Shown here in pieces: positions 28,200 to 41,199 of a DNA stretch of 64,000 nucleotides; position 1 is the stretch's first letter, and each line of letters begins with the position of its first letter. The translations under genes were made by a program, and so were the position numbers. Source of the DNA: the human T2T-CHM13v2.0 reference genome, Homo sapiens; the NCBI RefSeq assembly GCF_009914755.1, contig NC_060942.1. One strand, given 5' to 3'. The notes below the pieces were generated by a model that did not search any database, was not told where the DNA came from, and saw only the letters and a list, made by a program, of their open reading frames with translations.

Positions 28200-30200
28200 A
28201 AAGTTAGTTAAATGGATACTTATTGAGCATTGATTATATGTCAACAGCTGTGCTAGGTGACTGAGATATGAAGATAAATGGAAACAAGTTTATACTCTCA
28301 TGAAGGAAACAGGAAACAAAAAACAGATTCCAGTGCAATAATAAGACAATAATGGAAGAGGCACTTTACACTGTTTTGGTTTGTAGACAAGGGAAGATAA
28401 GTTACCAATAGGACAAGCTTCTGGGAATAGCTAATGTCTGAGCTATTATACAAAGGGTGAATTAATCAGATTTAAAAACATGCTGAAGAAGAAGACGAAG
28501 AGAAGGAAGAGGAGGAGCAGATGGAAGGAGAAGGAGGAAAAAGTAAATTCCTATCAGAAGAATATTGGAGACCAAACTGAAGCTGAAAACAATATGAGTT
28601 CAGATGCATAAGCATTTTAATAGGCTAGAACATAAGGATTGCTAGGGTTTGGAGATAGTTTGTTTGTCACTGTTAAAACCCATGTTGACATCTGATCCCC
28701 AATGTGACAGTGTTACAGGGTGGGGTCTAGCAGGAAGAGTTTCAATCATGGCAGCAAATCCCTCATGAATGGCTTTGTGCTGTTCTCGCTATAGTGAGCT
28801 CTTGCTTTGGTGAGATTGGATTAGTTTTTATGGGAATTAATTAGTTCCCATGAGAGTGGGTTGTTATAAAACCAGGATGCCTCTCAAGTTTTGTGTCTTT
28901 GTACCTGTTCACTTCCCCTTTGACCTTCTCCAGCATGTTCTGATGCAGCACGAAAGCCCTAGCCAGGATGGGGTCATGCCCTTGAACTTCCAAGCCTGCA
29001 GAACCATGAACTCAATAAACCTCTTTTCTTTACAAATTACCCAGCTTCAGGTATTCTGTTATAGTAACACAAAACAGACTAAGATCATGGAAGGAATAAT
29101 AAGAGATGAGTTTTAAGTTGGGCAGGTGACAGTTTACAGTGTCCAATCTATCAGTCTGGAAGCATGACTTTATCCAATAGCTGGTAGGGAGCCTATGAAA
29201 TGTTTTTAAGCTGCTGAAAGAAAATAGTGTTCCCATCATGAGACAATAAGGGCCTGGTTTATTTTATTGGTAATTGAAATAGAGAAAAAGTAAAGTACCC
29301 ATTGGAGAGATATTTAAAGAAGTTGGTAAGATGCTGGAGTGAGCCAGGAGAGAGGGATATAGAACAACGCCCAAAACAGGTAACTTGGTGGATAACAGTG
29401 CAGGATTTAAGTTAGGGGAGAGAGTAGATACTCCACATGATACTGTTGGTAGAGCTAGAGAATGTCAAGTGAGATTAAAGAGTCAAAAAATGTACAGTAC
29501 ATGTTAAAATAAGGGGACCAGGCAAAATTTCTGGGACAGGAGATGGAGCAAGGGTATAAATGGGCTGAGATTAGTACCCTAAACTAATCAAGGACAGCAG
29601 AGATATATCAGCTGCTCTAGGATTCCTGAAAAGAACAGCTTCACAGAATTAAAGGAAGAACCTGAAGAATCAAGAGAATGGCATCCTGAATCTCAAAAAG
29701 GGATAGCATCAAAGAGGGCATAGACACAAATGCTTGGGTAACATGTAGAAAGAAAGAGAGAAAAAAAAAAAACGCCTACCACAGGACTGAAAAATGGCCT
29801 CATGTATTCAGGAAGAAAGGTCTATTTTGCACTTAAGTAAGATAAATTTTGGTAGCATGGGATTTAAGAAGCTGGACTGCTTTATGTCAAAAAATGATTA
29901 ATAGTGAAAGAAATATTTCTAATAATCTAGCAAATATTGCTAACTATGTGTAATTTTTAATAACAGTAAAAGGGAACTATTGAGTGATTTGCTAAAAGTA
30001 CAAATAGGATGAAAGCAAACCTTTCATTTTATATTGGAGGAGGATTAATGATGTCTATAGACTAAAAAGATAAGGAAGAAAAAAGATAGTGAATAAAGAT
30101 TTCAAAAATGGAAGTGATACGAGTAAAACTATGTCTTGAACAGGGCAGAAGAGGTTGAGACCAACAGCACAGATGGACACCTTAGTCTTGAACAAAAAGT
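28200..30200 (-). mobile_element. Decayed L2 LINE interrupted by an MST LTR
   Basis: L2 3' motif ttattgagcattgattatatgtc...gtgctaggtgactgagatatgaagataaat followed by a purine-rich L2 body. Confidence 0.55.
28640..29087 (+). mobile_element. MSTB-like MaLR solo LTR
   Basis: tgctagggtttgga...gaacttccaagcctgcagaaccatga...aataaacctcttttcttt...caggtattctgttatagtaacacaaaacagactaaga. Confidence 0.85.
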
Positions 30201-31489
30201 ATTATTTATCCCTTGGTATCTAAAGAGGAAGGATGCAGATGCTGTCCCTATAGAATACATTTGTTTGACAAAAAGCATGCCAGGCCTTTAATTTCTCCTT
30301 CCAACTTGAGTAAACTACGGTTTAAATAAATTAAAGTTTTATTTCTGAGTTTATGTTGTGTGGGATTTATGCTGCTGTTTGAAGCTGAAAATCTATGTTC
30401 TAAAAATTATAGATCATCTGCCATTATCTTTTTGAATACTGCTTTCCCCATTCTTTCCTTTATTTCTCATTCTATTTTCCACAACTTGAATATTTCTTTC
30501 AGATTTTCTCTCTTTTTCTCTCTGTGCTGTATTCTGGGTTCTATTTTTAGGTACACTAATGAATTTCCCCCAGCTCTTTCTACTATTCAATTAATAGAAT
30601 CTTCAGTAGAAATGAATCCAGTTTTAATTTTTACAAGTTTTGGTGGATTCTTTTTCAACTGCCTGCACTTTTTGGATAGTGTTCTATTAGTTTGTTTTGT
30701 TCCCATTAACTATTTAAAACTTAGATAGAATAAATCTCATAATTGTACAATCTGAGTTCTATTTATTTATTTGAAATTTTTGCTGATAAATTAAGAACCT
30801 TATCATTGTTTCTGATAACTTCAATTCATGTTGGAATTTTCCTTATGTGCTTTATAATTTTGTAAGTTCATTTTTAAAAGCCTTACTTTTTGTGTGAGAA
30901 TCTTGTATGGCCTCAGTCTAGGGTTTATTCCTCCAGTGACTATTTGAGCTGAGCAGGATAACTTTTCTATGATAATTTCTTGGTTAGGGCCTTCTAAAAA
31001 CACTTTGATGATGTAAATTAAAACATCAAACCATTGTGAAAAGAGGCCAGACTGGGAATGTTCTCACTTGCTTTTCTTTCACCCAGGTCCCAGAAGTAGA
31101 CAGATACTTTCTTCCTTCGGCCTTTGCTCATGGGTAGATTATTTTCTATTCACTTAAGTGCCCTTACTTTATCCAACTCCTTCACTTGCACAGATCCATG
31201 GCCCATGACCTATTATTTGAAGCCACTAAAATTTAATTCCCTTGTTTACCAAGTTCAACAAGGCTATTCTTCCACCCATATTTTCAGGGAAGCCAAATAT
31301 CAGTTGGGAATTCAGCCTGCAGTTGTTCAATTACTTTCAATGCATTGACCCCTGAGAATTTCCTTTACTTGCCTGTAAGCCCAGCTCTTCATTTAAAAGA
31401 TGTGAGCTCTGTGTATGCCCCATTTATAAGTGTTCTGTAGCAAAAAACTTTTCATGTTCTCCATTGTCCATATTGCACAAAATGTAAAT

Positions 31490-32470
31490 TCTCATTACTT
31501 CTCTGCCTACACTCTCTTTTTAGACATCTCAAACTGTCCCATTGTTTAATTTTATGACTCCAAATTTGTCTTTGGGATCCTCCTCATCACTGGGCTGTAA
31601 ACCAATGTACCTAATTGTTACTTCTCATTACCATTTCAAGAGCTCATAAGAATCTGAAATTTAATATGGCCTAAGGAGACATATCTTCTCTCCTCAAATC
31701 CTCTTCATACCCTCTATAAGCTCTTGTTATTTCAGCAAATAGCCAACCAGTTTTTCCTTCATGTCTTATATCCCACCTACCAAAAGGTCCAGTTAGCATC
31801 CCTTCCAAAACATATCTGAATGCCCTACCATTTATACTGCAAAAGCCTTTATCTATATGTCTTAATTATTATATTTTTTTGAATTACCAAAAAAAGCCTT
31901 CCATCTTAAATGCACCAAAGTCCATCCATCACTAAGCAGCCCAAGTGATCTCTCTAAAATATAAGATTATGAAAATGCCTTAATCATAAGCCTCTATCAT
32001 TAGCACACTTACAGGCTTTTAGTATATGAGCCCTGTCTGCCTTACCAACATTTGTCTCTGTGAATTACCCCTCTCATACAATTTTCTAGCAACACCGGCC
32101 TCCATTCTCTCTTCAGAGCACAAAGAATTTTTATCTGTCTCAAAGCTTCCTCTTATACTTGGAATTCTCTTCCTCAGACGTGCTTGACTGACATGTCTTC
32201 ATTCCGGTCTCAATTCCAATGTTAGTTTCTCAAACAGGTGACACCGAATATTCTTGCTAAAGCAGAGTCCTCAACCCTGCCCTGGCCTGTCATTCTCTAC
32301 CACATTATTCAGTTTTATTGTCCTCACAAGAGTACCAATGACTACAATTTTAACTATATATTCATTAGTCAACATGTTTATTATTATTTTCCTATACAAC
32401 AATGTAAATTTAAACATTGTCGTGAGCACCTCAAACAGTGTCAGACACAAAGCAGGTGCTCAGGACATAC
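31490..32470 (+). mobile_element. Decayed L2 LINE
   Basis: atgactccaaattt...cagcccaagtgatctctctaaaatataagatt...cagtgtcagacacaaagcaggtgctcagga. Confidence 0.6.
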
Positions 32471-33134
32471 AAACACACTCACACACCTGCTTTTTAAGTC
32501 TGTTTTCTTTAAATATAAATATATTTAGTCCTAAGTATAAACTTACAACATTAGTTTATGAATCATAGTTATGTTATTAAATTGCTGTTTGAAAACATTT
32601 TAAATGAAGTACAAATAAAGATATATGAAGCTATTTCTCAAAGTGCTAAAAGATAAAAATTATTAATCTCTATATTATTTTATGTATTTTATACAATGTA
32701 ACAAGTTACACGTAGTATACTACAAATGAATATTTTCTCCTGAAAATATTGTATAGCACATAACGTACATCAACAATGTTTCAGAAACTAGGTTAGTCCT
32801 TGAGGATCTAAAAATGGGGGAAATGATGACATAGGCCCTAGGTGCAAGCAGTTACAAGGTGTGGGTTTGTAACTGTAAAAAAAAGGCTGTGCATTTTATC
32901 TTTCTAATTTTATATGTAAAAACATCACAAGGCCATATTACTTCAAAGAGAAAAAAATTAACAAATGTAATATCTTCACAGAAAGCAGGGTAAAGGAAAC
33001 CACAGAATTAAGTTTTTTTGCTTGTTTGGTTTTTAATCCCAGGTAATCATAGTCACTAATAGCTAAAATGAGCTGCAGTGCAGAAGCTCCTGCTAGCTCC
33101 TTTCTTGCATTTCTTACTGTACTTATTAGGCTAC

Positions 33135-33515
33135 TGTATTAGTCCATTTTCACACTGCTATAAAGAACTACCTGAGACTGGGTAATATATGAAGAAATGA
33201 GGCTTCATGGACTCACAGTTCTTCAGGCTTAACAGGAAGCATGACTAGGAGGCCTCTGGAAACTTACAATCATAGCGGAAGGCAAAGGGGAGGCAAGCAC
33301 ATATTAGCATGGCTGAACAGGAGAGAGAGAGAGTGAAGGCGGAAATGCCACACACTTTCAAAGAATCAGATCTCCTGAGAATTCACTCACTATCACGAGA
33401 ACAGCAAGGGGAAGTCTGCCCCCATGATTCAATCACCCCCCCCCACCAGTCCCTCTCCCAACATGTGGGGATTCAAGACGAGATTTGGGTGGGGACTTAG
33501 AGCCAAACCATATCA
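33135..33515 (-). mobile_element. MSTA/THE1D-like MaLR solo LTR
   Basis: TGTATTAGTCC...CCAAACCATATCA termini; perfect 5-bp TSD gctac (33130-33134 and 33516-33520). Confidence 0.92.
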
Positions 33516-33709
33516 GCTACTGAAAAACATAACTTCCATAATAATTATGTATTTTCTTGGGGGCTCATTGAAGGCAGGAAGTTTTCCACATATGTATTGT
33601 AACTTTAGAACCTACCATAATGTCTGCATACAATATGAATTCAATAAATGATTAATAAGTGATTGAACACATTTTAGTTGGACTGAATTAACAATTTATG
33701 TAATTTAAT

Positions 33710-35450
33710 ATTTATTTTAAAAGTAACATTTTATTGAAGTAGAACTTTTATACAGAAGAGAGTACAAATCAGAGTATAGTTCAATGAATTTTTAATGTGA
33801 ATACACCAGTACCACCCTCATTCAGAAAAAAAAATACACATATATATATATATTACACATGGCCAGCAGAATCCCAGGAGTGTGCTCTCTCAGTCACTAC
33901 CACCCAATAGGAACTGCTATCCTGACTCCTATGACCATTTTGCCTGCTTCTGAACAAGATCATATAGTATATACAGCCATTTTGTCTACTTTTACTCAAT
34001 ATTATGTTTCTAAGATTCATTCATGTTGTTGTGTGTAGCTGAAATCTGTTTATTCTCACTGCTGCAGAGTATTCCTTTGTATGACTATGTTATATCTTAC
34101 CTATTCATTCTACTCGTTCATGATTACTACACATTTGTTTATCCTCTTTTGTGAAGTGACTGTTCAGTTCTGCAGATTTCTGTTTGATTATTTGCTTTTT
34201 CTATAATTTTTAATTATTTTTGTTATTTTATATTTATCATTATATTATATATTTGTTATTTTATTATTTACTTATTTTTCTTCACCAATTTTTTTGGTTT
34301 ATCAATTTATCTTCTCAGATATAGCTATAACAAATATATTTTATCAGTCTGTGGTTTACCTTTTCTCTGTCTTAATGGAATGTTTATTCATCAGTTTTTT
34401 TCTCTATGATGGTATTTATTTTCCTGTTTAAGAAAACTTTACCTGACTCATATTTATTGATATTTTTCTATGTTTTCTTAGAATTTTGTATTGTTCAAAC
34501 TTTCACATTTACAACTATGTTCCAAAAAAATAGACTATTGTTTGTTAGATAGGTAGAGGTAAGACTTTTTTTTTGTTTTTTTTCATAAGGCTATTAGGCC
34601 ATTTATTCTTTGCTGCACTATAGTGGCACGCTTGTCACAAATCTGGTGAATGTATACGTATAGGTCTGATTTTGGACTTTCTACTCATTTCCACTGGTCT
34701 GTCTTTTTACCCTAACATGAGTAACGAGTCATTTTACATATTGAGCTCTATTGTTAATTTTGAAAAATGGTATTATAATTTCCGAAGCCTAGTTCTAAAA
34801 CATTGTTAAATATTTTCTCCTTCTTTAATTTTCCATATACATTTTAATATCAGGGTTTTTTTTTTCTGTTTGTTTGTTTGTTTGTTTGTTGAGACACAGT
34901 CTCGCTCTGTCGCCCAGGCTGGAGTGCAGTGGCACGAGCTCGGCTCACTGCGAGCTCCGCCTCCTGGGTTCACGCCATTCTCCTGCCTCAGCCTCCTAAG
35001 TAGCTGGGGCTACAGGCGCCCGCCACCACGCCCGGCTAATTTTTTGTATTTTTAGTAGAGACGGGGTTTCACCGTGTTAGCCAGGATGGTCTCGATCTCC
35101 TGACCTCGTGATCCGCCCACCTTGGCCTCCCAAAGTTCTGGGATTACAGGCTTGAGCCACCGCGCCCGGCCTGCATGAGTGAGTGTTCCAGTTCATGGCC
35201 AAGGTATGCCCCCCTCTATTGATTTACATCTTCTTTAATTTGCTTCAACAATATTATGTGGTCTTCTGGGTAGTATTATCAGACACCTTCTTGCTAGATT
35301 CATTTTGTGGATTTGATGTTTCAAAATTATATTGTAAGAGATATCTTTTCAATTTTATTTCTGATTGCTGTTGCTATCTACTGATATTTCTGTTTTCTAG
35401 CTATCTCAACCTTGAACAATACCACAGAGTTTAATGGTTATATAATCTTT
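33710..35450 (-). mobile_element. Old L1M (MC/ME) 3' UTR and ORF2 fragment, host of the AluY
   Basis: ttttattgaagtagaac...taagattcattcatgttgttgtgtgtagc...ttccatatacattttaatatcag. Confidence 0.65.
34856..35171 (-). mobile_element. AluY, full length, with (CAAA)n tail
   Basis: Diagnostic motifs gggttcacgccattctcc, caccgtgttagccaggatggtctcgatctcctgacctcgtgatcc; many CpGs retained. Confidence 0.96.
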
Positions 35451-36809
35451 TTCACATTTAAATATTCCATAGGGCTATTTGTCCCCATAAATAGTCATTT
35501 TAAAATTACCTTGATTAGTTATTTTATTAAATTATAAAATAAAATTACATTAGGAGTTTAGTTACAACTGCAGTAAGACTTTTAATTTATTTGGTTAGAA
35601 CTTGACATTTTCTCATAACTGGGTCATATTCAAATTTTTGACATATCTCTCTATTCATTTTTAAGTATATTTTAATCACATTTGGTACTCTCTTCATAGA
35701 AACTTCCTACTTTCTATGTATGTCTTCTTAGTTGCATTTTGGGTATAATTTTCTAATGAATGAGGTTTTCTCTTATATTTTCTAAGTAGACATTCATGAT
35801 TTCATGAAAAACCAAACTATGGGTTAGTAGATAGGGTCTATAAAGGCCATTAACTATATTTATTGATTCTGCCCTATCAGATATTGGGGAAATTTTACAT
35901 TATACTGATATATGGCCAATTGTTATAATTTTTCCACAAAAGTTCTATCTATAAAAATTCAAATTTTTAAGAAACAGATGAAGGAAAAAATGTGAAAATA
36001 TTTGCCTGATAATTTAAAGTACTTCTGCATTTTACATCTAACATCTATCTCAATGACTATCTTTCCACAATTTCAGACTCACAAATCAAAATGATTTCCA
36101 GATACTTACATTTGTATTGTGCCATACACAATCCCAATCAAACATAGCAACATTTACCCTCCAACCTTCCTTTTTTTCATCTACACATTTTTCACTTAAT
36201 GTCTGGTACCACCATCAAACTAGTTTTTCAAACCTTAACTCATCCAAATACCACTAAAATGACATATTTAAAAGGGAAGTCTGATCATATGGCTTCTTTA
36301 GTGGACATCTACAGTCCTCAACTGAGTCAAAATGCCTTAAAATGACTCATTATCTGGCATGATGGTTCCTTAGACTCAATGTTGTCACCTGATGGCCTGC
36401 CACATAAAAACACGTATTGCATGCAAACACACACATACACACCCAGACACAAGCACACAGGTCAGATCATGCACTTTCTCTACGCTTCAGCCACATCAAA
36501 AGTGTAACTCTGTGAACCTACCACCATCTTATCTGTGCCCCAAAATATTAATAACAGCAATTTTAACATTAGATCTACTATTTGTAATTGTTATTATTCG
36601 ACTGATTTATCGAGCATATTTGAACATTTACTAAATGTCAGTTAAATTTAAGTCAGATTAGACTGCAAAAAATGAGAGGAGGTTAATATTCTGAACCTGA
36701 ATATAGAAAGTCAGATTTTAAACTCCAGCTGTGGGACTTTAGGAAAGCCACTTTGCACCTTAGAACTTTGAGTTCCTCATTTCTTCCTTGGAAACACACA
36801 AGAATTATT

Positions 36810-37460
36810 TAGAAAAAGTAGAATTCAATAGAGGTTGAACAAATATTCAACCTCCCTAGTAATCAAATAAATGGAGTTCAAAACAATATTAGGAAGATAG
36901 TTTTCATTTATCATATTGAGAGAGATTTGTTCCAACTATAACACTCAAGTTAGCACAGGTGTGTGAGAGGACAAGCTCATGTACTGCATAGCCTCATGAA
37001 TGGGATAGTCTTTCCGGAAAGTACTTTTAGAGATGAAGTGGGAGTTTTAAAAGTATTATACTGAATCAAATTCTATGAAACTATTTTAAATTTTAAAAAG
37101 CCAATATGTTGATAAAGATTTCTAAACAAAATAATCCACTGCCATAATATTTACAACAAGTAGTTAAAAATGAGAGCCATCCAAATAACAGCAATTTGTA
37201 CATAAATCATAGGTCATCCATATAATACACTTTTATACAGCTATTTAAATGGTGTATTTAACAGTTGTTTAATATTGTGAAAAATCTATTATATCATGCT
37301 GGGAATAAGATCAAAACTCATAATTAGTTATTTAGTAAGAAGGAAAAAATTCAGTAATATATTAATAGCTATATTTCTATGAATTGAAACAATGTTAGGG
37401 TCTCAATCTCCTTTTGTACATTCTGTATTTTCCAAATTTCTTACCACAAACGTGTTACAG
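36810..37460 (+). mobile_element. Old L1ME 3' fragment
   Basis: ttcaacctccctagtaatcaaataaatg...ctgtattttccaaatttc. Confidence 0.55.
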
Positions 37461-38430
37461 ACAGAGTGCTAAATAGAGAAGACGTTACTACTCTTAAGGC
37501 ACTGGAACTTTTGGTTAAATGGAGCTTTGTTAAATATGGCGTAGGAAACAAAATCATAGTCTAGAGCATATCCAAGGACACAAGTTGAAAAATAGAAACT
37601 TTTTCATAAACATAAGATTGCAATGATTAACTCAACTTTATCCTAGGACTTAAAGATTTTCTGCAAATAGTGTTCAGAAGCAAGTGGACTACACATGGTT
37701 AAAAAAAAAATAGCCAAGAATACAAGTGAAAAAGGCACTGAAGCATGAGCTAGAAGAATAAGAAGTAGAAGCAAATTACAAAGACTACAGACATTTAAAT
37801 TATTAGGTGCAGATTATAACTATTCACACTGTTTAAGAGATAAAAGATAAGCTTTAAATATCTGTGTCAAACAAAAAAATCATAAAACAATCTAGCAGAT
37901 TTGGATGAAAAGCAAATAAAACTTTAGGAAATGAAAAATTACATTTGCATACATTTGTAATGTAATATATACTTGCTGCCTACATATAGACTTGCCAGTT
38001 TATATGTGCAAATAATCGAAATAGATAAAATTATTTGCATATATACATAAATGTGATAGATATATATAGTTACCAGTTAGAAACAAGAATATAAGAACTA
38101 TTTTGATATATGAATTGGTAATTATCTCTTTGTCCTGAGTTTTAATCTTCTCTTCTTTAGGAACATGACTTAGATATATAGTAGACCTGACTCTTGCCTG
38201 CAAATCTCTTAATCTCTCTTTCACTTTATTTTACTGATTGTTTATTAATTCTCTGTTCAGCACCATGTAATCCGCTGTTAAAAATTATCCATTTAATTTT
38301 TAATTCCTGGTAAAAATTGGGGGAAATTAAATGATTAAATAATTAAGTAACATCTCAGGGTGCTTTCTGGGTAAGCAAGATATACACCATGGAAATCCTT
38401 CCCCATAAATAGAGCTGCATTCCCACTGCT

Positions 38431-38730
38431 TGTGATAGATGTACTTGTGTTCCCAATAATTCACTACGTCTATTCTTGAGAGAATTAGACTTGTCACCCC
38501 ACTGACATCAGACTTGGCCATGTGACTTGCTTTGTTCAAAGGAATGTGAGTGGTATTAACATGTATCACCCTCCTGTGGAAGCTACAAGAGCCATTGAGT
38601 GATCTCACTAATGTACTTTTCCCTCTATTACCAGCTAAATTACTATGTGAGTGAGAAATCAACCTTTTTATTTTGAGTCACTAAGATTTGGGGGTTGTGT
38701 GTTACTGCAGAATAATCTAATAAGTGCCTG
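38431..38730 (+). mobile_element. MLT1 (I/J-like) MaLR LTR
   Basis: cttggccatgtgacttgctttgttcaaaggaatgtgagtgg...gtgagtgagaaatcaacc...cactaagatttgggggttg. Confidence 0.75.
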
Positions 38731-39029
38731 CTGTCACACACTCTCCCTTTCCTCAAGATGAGTGTCCTTATTAGATCACCGACTCTTCAGATGTTTGTTT
38801 GCTTTTGCTCCTCTGGTTCTTTTTCTTTATAAAATAAAATGATAAAATGTAGTAATATTAACAACTACAGTTTTAAGTTATTCTTTAAAAACCAACATCC
38901 TTAAAAAAGTATGTTTCACATACAAGAAAGTTTTACAAATTGTTCCATTTCATCATTTCCAAAGGTAAAATAATTCTAAGAAATTTTATCAAACTTCCAA
39001 TACAATAATCAAGTATCATGGTCATTTTT

Positions 39030-39860
39030 TCCTGATAGCATAGTATGTGTCAGACTCTGCTATATGATGAGGATTCAATAGCAAAGGAAAAGTAGTCATG
39101 ATCTGACCTCATGGATCTTCCCATTTTTGAGGAAGACAGAAATGAATCAAATATTCATACACAAAAAATTATGAATATGAGAAGAGATGTGAAAAAGAGA
39201 GGCATGTGTATCACATGTACATATGACAGAGGAATTGAATTTCACAGGATAGTCAGCTGTAATCTTAAGGATAAGTGGCAATTAGGTAGAAGGAAGTGGT
39301 AAAAACATTCTAGAAAAAGAAAGTAGCATAAAAATACCATGTATGGGCTGGAAAAAGTGATAAGTGGGAGAAACTGAAGTACTACTACTGTATTTGAACC
39401 AAGTAATAAGGGTGAACTGGGAAGAATATGAGACTGTAGAAGCAGATGTGCCTATTCAAGGGACCTTGCAGGATATGTGGTGGGGGGTCTTTGGTCCTTT
39501 CACCCCTGTTAAAATTCATGCAGATATAGAGGGGAATTGATCATACTTATGTTAAGATAAATAAGAACATGCCTATCAAAATGTAGATAATGTATTAGAG
39601 AGTGATTGCAGGTAGACCAGTTCTGCCAGTCACTGTGAGTTCATGCCAGACATGACGATAGCTTGTACTAAATTGTTGGTGGAGCAATGAAGAGAATAAA
39701 CTGAAAATACATTTAGTATGTGGAATAGTTCTTGTTGATCCATTAAATATGAGAGTTGAAATAGAGGAGTCATGAAAACTCATAGGTTTCCAAACCAAGA
39801 ATACTAGTATAGTAGTTGCAGGAAAAATTGAGAGTGGACTGAAGGAGATCATGAGCTTGA
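39030..39860 (-). mobile_element. Decayed L2 LINE
   Basis: tatgtgtcagactctgctatatgatgaggattcaatagc...catgatctgacctcatgga. Confidence 0.55.
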
Positions 39861-39869
39861 TAAGACATA

Positions 39870-40224
39870 CATAAGATCCTCCATATCTGCAAGTTTTGAT
39901 TCCTGCAGGCTTAGTTACCTGTGGTCAACTGTAGTCTGAAAAGATTAAATGGCGAATTCCAGATATAGACAATTCATAAGTTTTAAATTGTAGGCTGTTC
40001 TAAGTAGCATAATGAAATCTCATGCTCTCTTGCCCCAGATGTGAATAATCCCTTTGTCCAGCATATCCATGCTGTGTATGCGACCTGTGTTTTAGTCACT
40101 TAGTAGCCAGCTCAGTTATCAGATTGCAAAATTGTAGTATATATAGGGTTTGGTACAATCTGTGGTTTCAGACATTCACTATGGGTCTTGGAACACATCT
40201 CCCATGGTTAAGGGGGGGCTACTG
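39870..40224. mobile_element. Tigger3a/MER7-like TcMar-Tigger element
   Basis: agttacctgtggtcaactgtagtctgaaaagattaaatgg...tatatagggtttggtac...aaggggggctactg, flanked by TA. Confidence 0.85.
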
Positions 40225-40328
40225 TATTTTAAGTTTAAAGTATTTTTTAGTATAAGAGGATAGTCAAAAAGAGGTAAGATAAGGCTGTGTAAAGCTGCTT
40301 ATAACTTTTACAATTATTTTGACTTTTC

Positions 40329-40521
40329 TTTTTTTTCTTTATTTTATTATTATTATACTTTAAGTTTTAGGGTGAACAAAGAGAACACATGGACACAGGA
40401 AGGGGAACATCACACACCAGGGACTGTTGTGGGGTAGGGGGAGGGGGGAGGGATAGCATTAGGAGATATACCTAATGCTAAATGACGAGTTAATGGGTGC
40501 AGCACACCAACATGGCACATG
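40329..40521. mobile_element. Very short 5'-inverted (twin-primed) L1PA4-like insertion
   Basis: Minus-strand L1 extreme 3' end and poly(A) (40329-40373) fused to a plus-strand 3' UTR piece (40374-about 40524). 14-bp TSD tatt[t/c]tgacttttc at 40315-40328 and 40522-40535. Confidence 0.92.
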
Positions 40522-40704
40522 TATTCTGACTTTTCAAAGGGAACCCAGAGTGACTAAAGGCAACATTTTGAATAGAACTTAAATTTTAAGCTACTGATAA
40601 ACAAAAACACCACCATATAACTCCAGGGACACAAACTGGAGAGGTTTATTGTATTTAACATATTGGATTATGGTATATAAGAAGAAAAGTATTTGCAAAT
40701 TTAC

Positions 40705-40841
40705 CTTTCATTGGTTTTTTCTGTTATTTTGTTAATATCAATCTCAAGTTTTTTATTGTCTTCCGTCAGTTTTGTACATGCCAAAGAAATAGCTGAAAAA
40801 TCTTTTGCAACATCAGAAAGCTCAATATCCCATGTTTTTTT
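40705..40841 (-). CDS. CCDC178: CCDC178 internal coding exon (137 nt, phase 0-2): KKTWDIELSDVAKDFSAISLACTKLTEDNKKLEIDINKITEKTNE(S)
   Basis: Acceptor ttttattcttttcttaaag|AAAAAAACATGG, donor GAAAG|gtaaat. Open frame with heptad-like K/E/L/I composition. Confidence 0.93.
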
Positions 40842-40990
40842 CTTTAAGAAAAGAATAAAAGAATCATTCATACATGTCTAATTATCAAAAGGCAAAACCT
40901 ATAATAATGAAATCACTTTTAGATATATGAGTTAATATTTGGAAATAGAAAATGGCGTTCTAAGTGGGAAGTAGGAAAAAATCAACTTAC

Positions 40991-41086
40991 TGCAGCATAA
41001 AAATCATTAACTGCTTCCAGATACTGATTTTCATGACTTTTTTGCTTCCAGGTTAGTTGGTCATAAACTCTTCTCAAATCTTCCAG
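40991..41086 (-). CDS. CCDC178: CCDC178 internal coding exon (96 nt, phase 0-0): LEDLRRVYDQLTWKQKSHENQYLEAVNDFYAA
   Basis: Acceptor atcttctttcttag|CTGGAAG, donor GCTGCA|gtaagt. A 149-nt intron separates it from the next exon, and the join is in frame. Confidence 0.93.
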
Positions 41087-41199
41087 CTAAGAAAGAAGAT
41101 ATACAGAACAAAGTGAATTGTATAGCTTTTCATCCTTCCATAAGGTAAAAAATAAATTAATCATGATAAAGTAGAATTTGTTTCAGTTACATAAAAATT

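Noticed and set aside
40693-40881. Hydrophobic 62-aa plus-strand ORF resembling a signal peptide
   Set aside because: It is the antisense shadow of the A-rich CCDC178 exon at 40705-40841.
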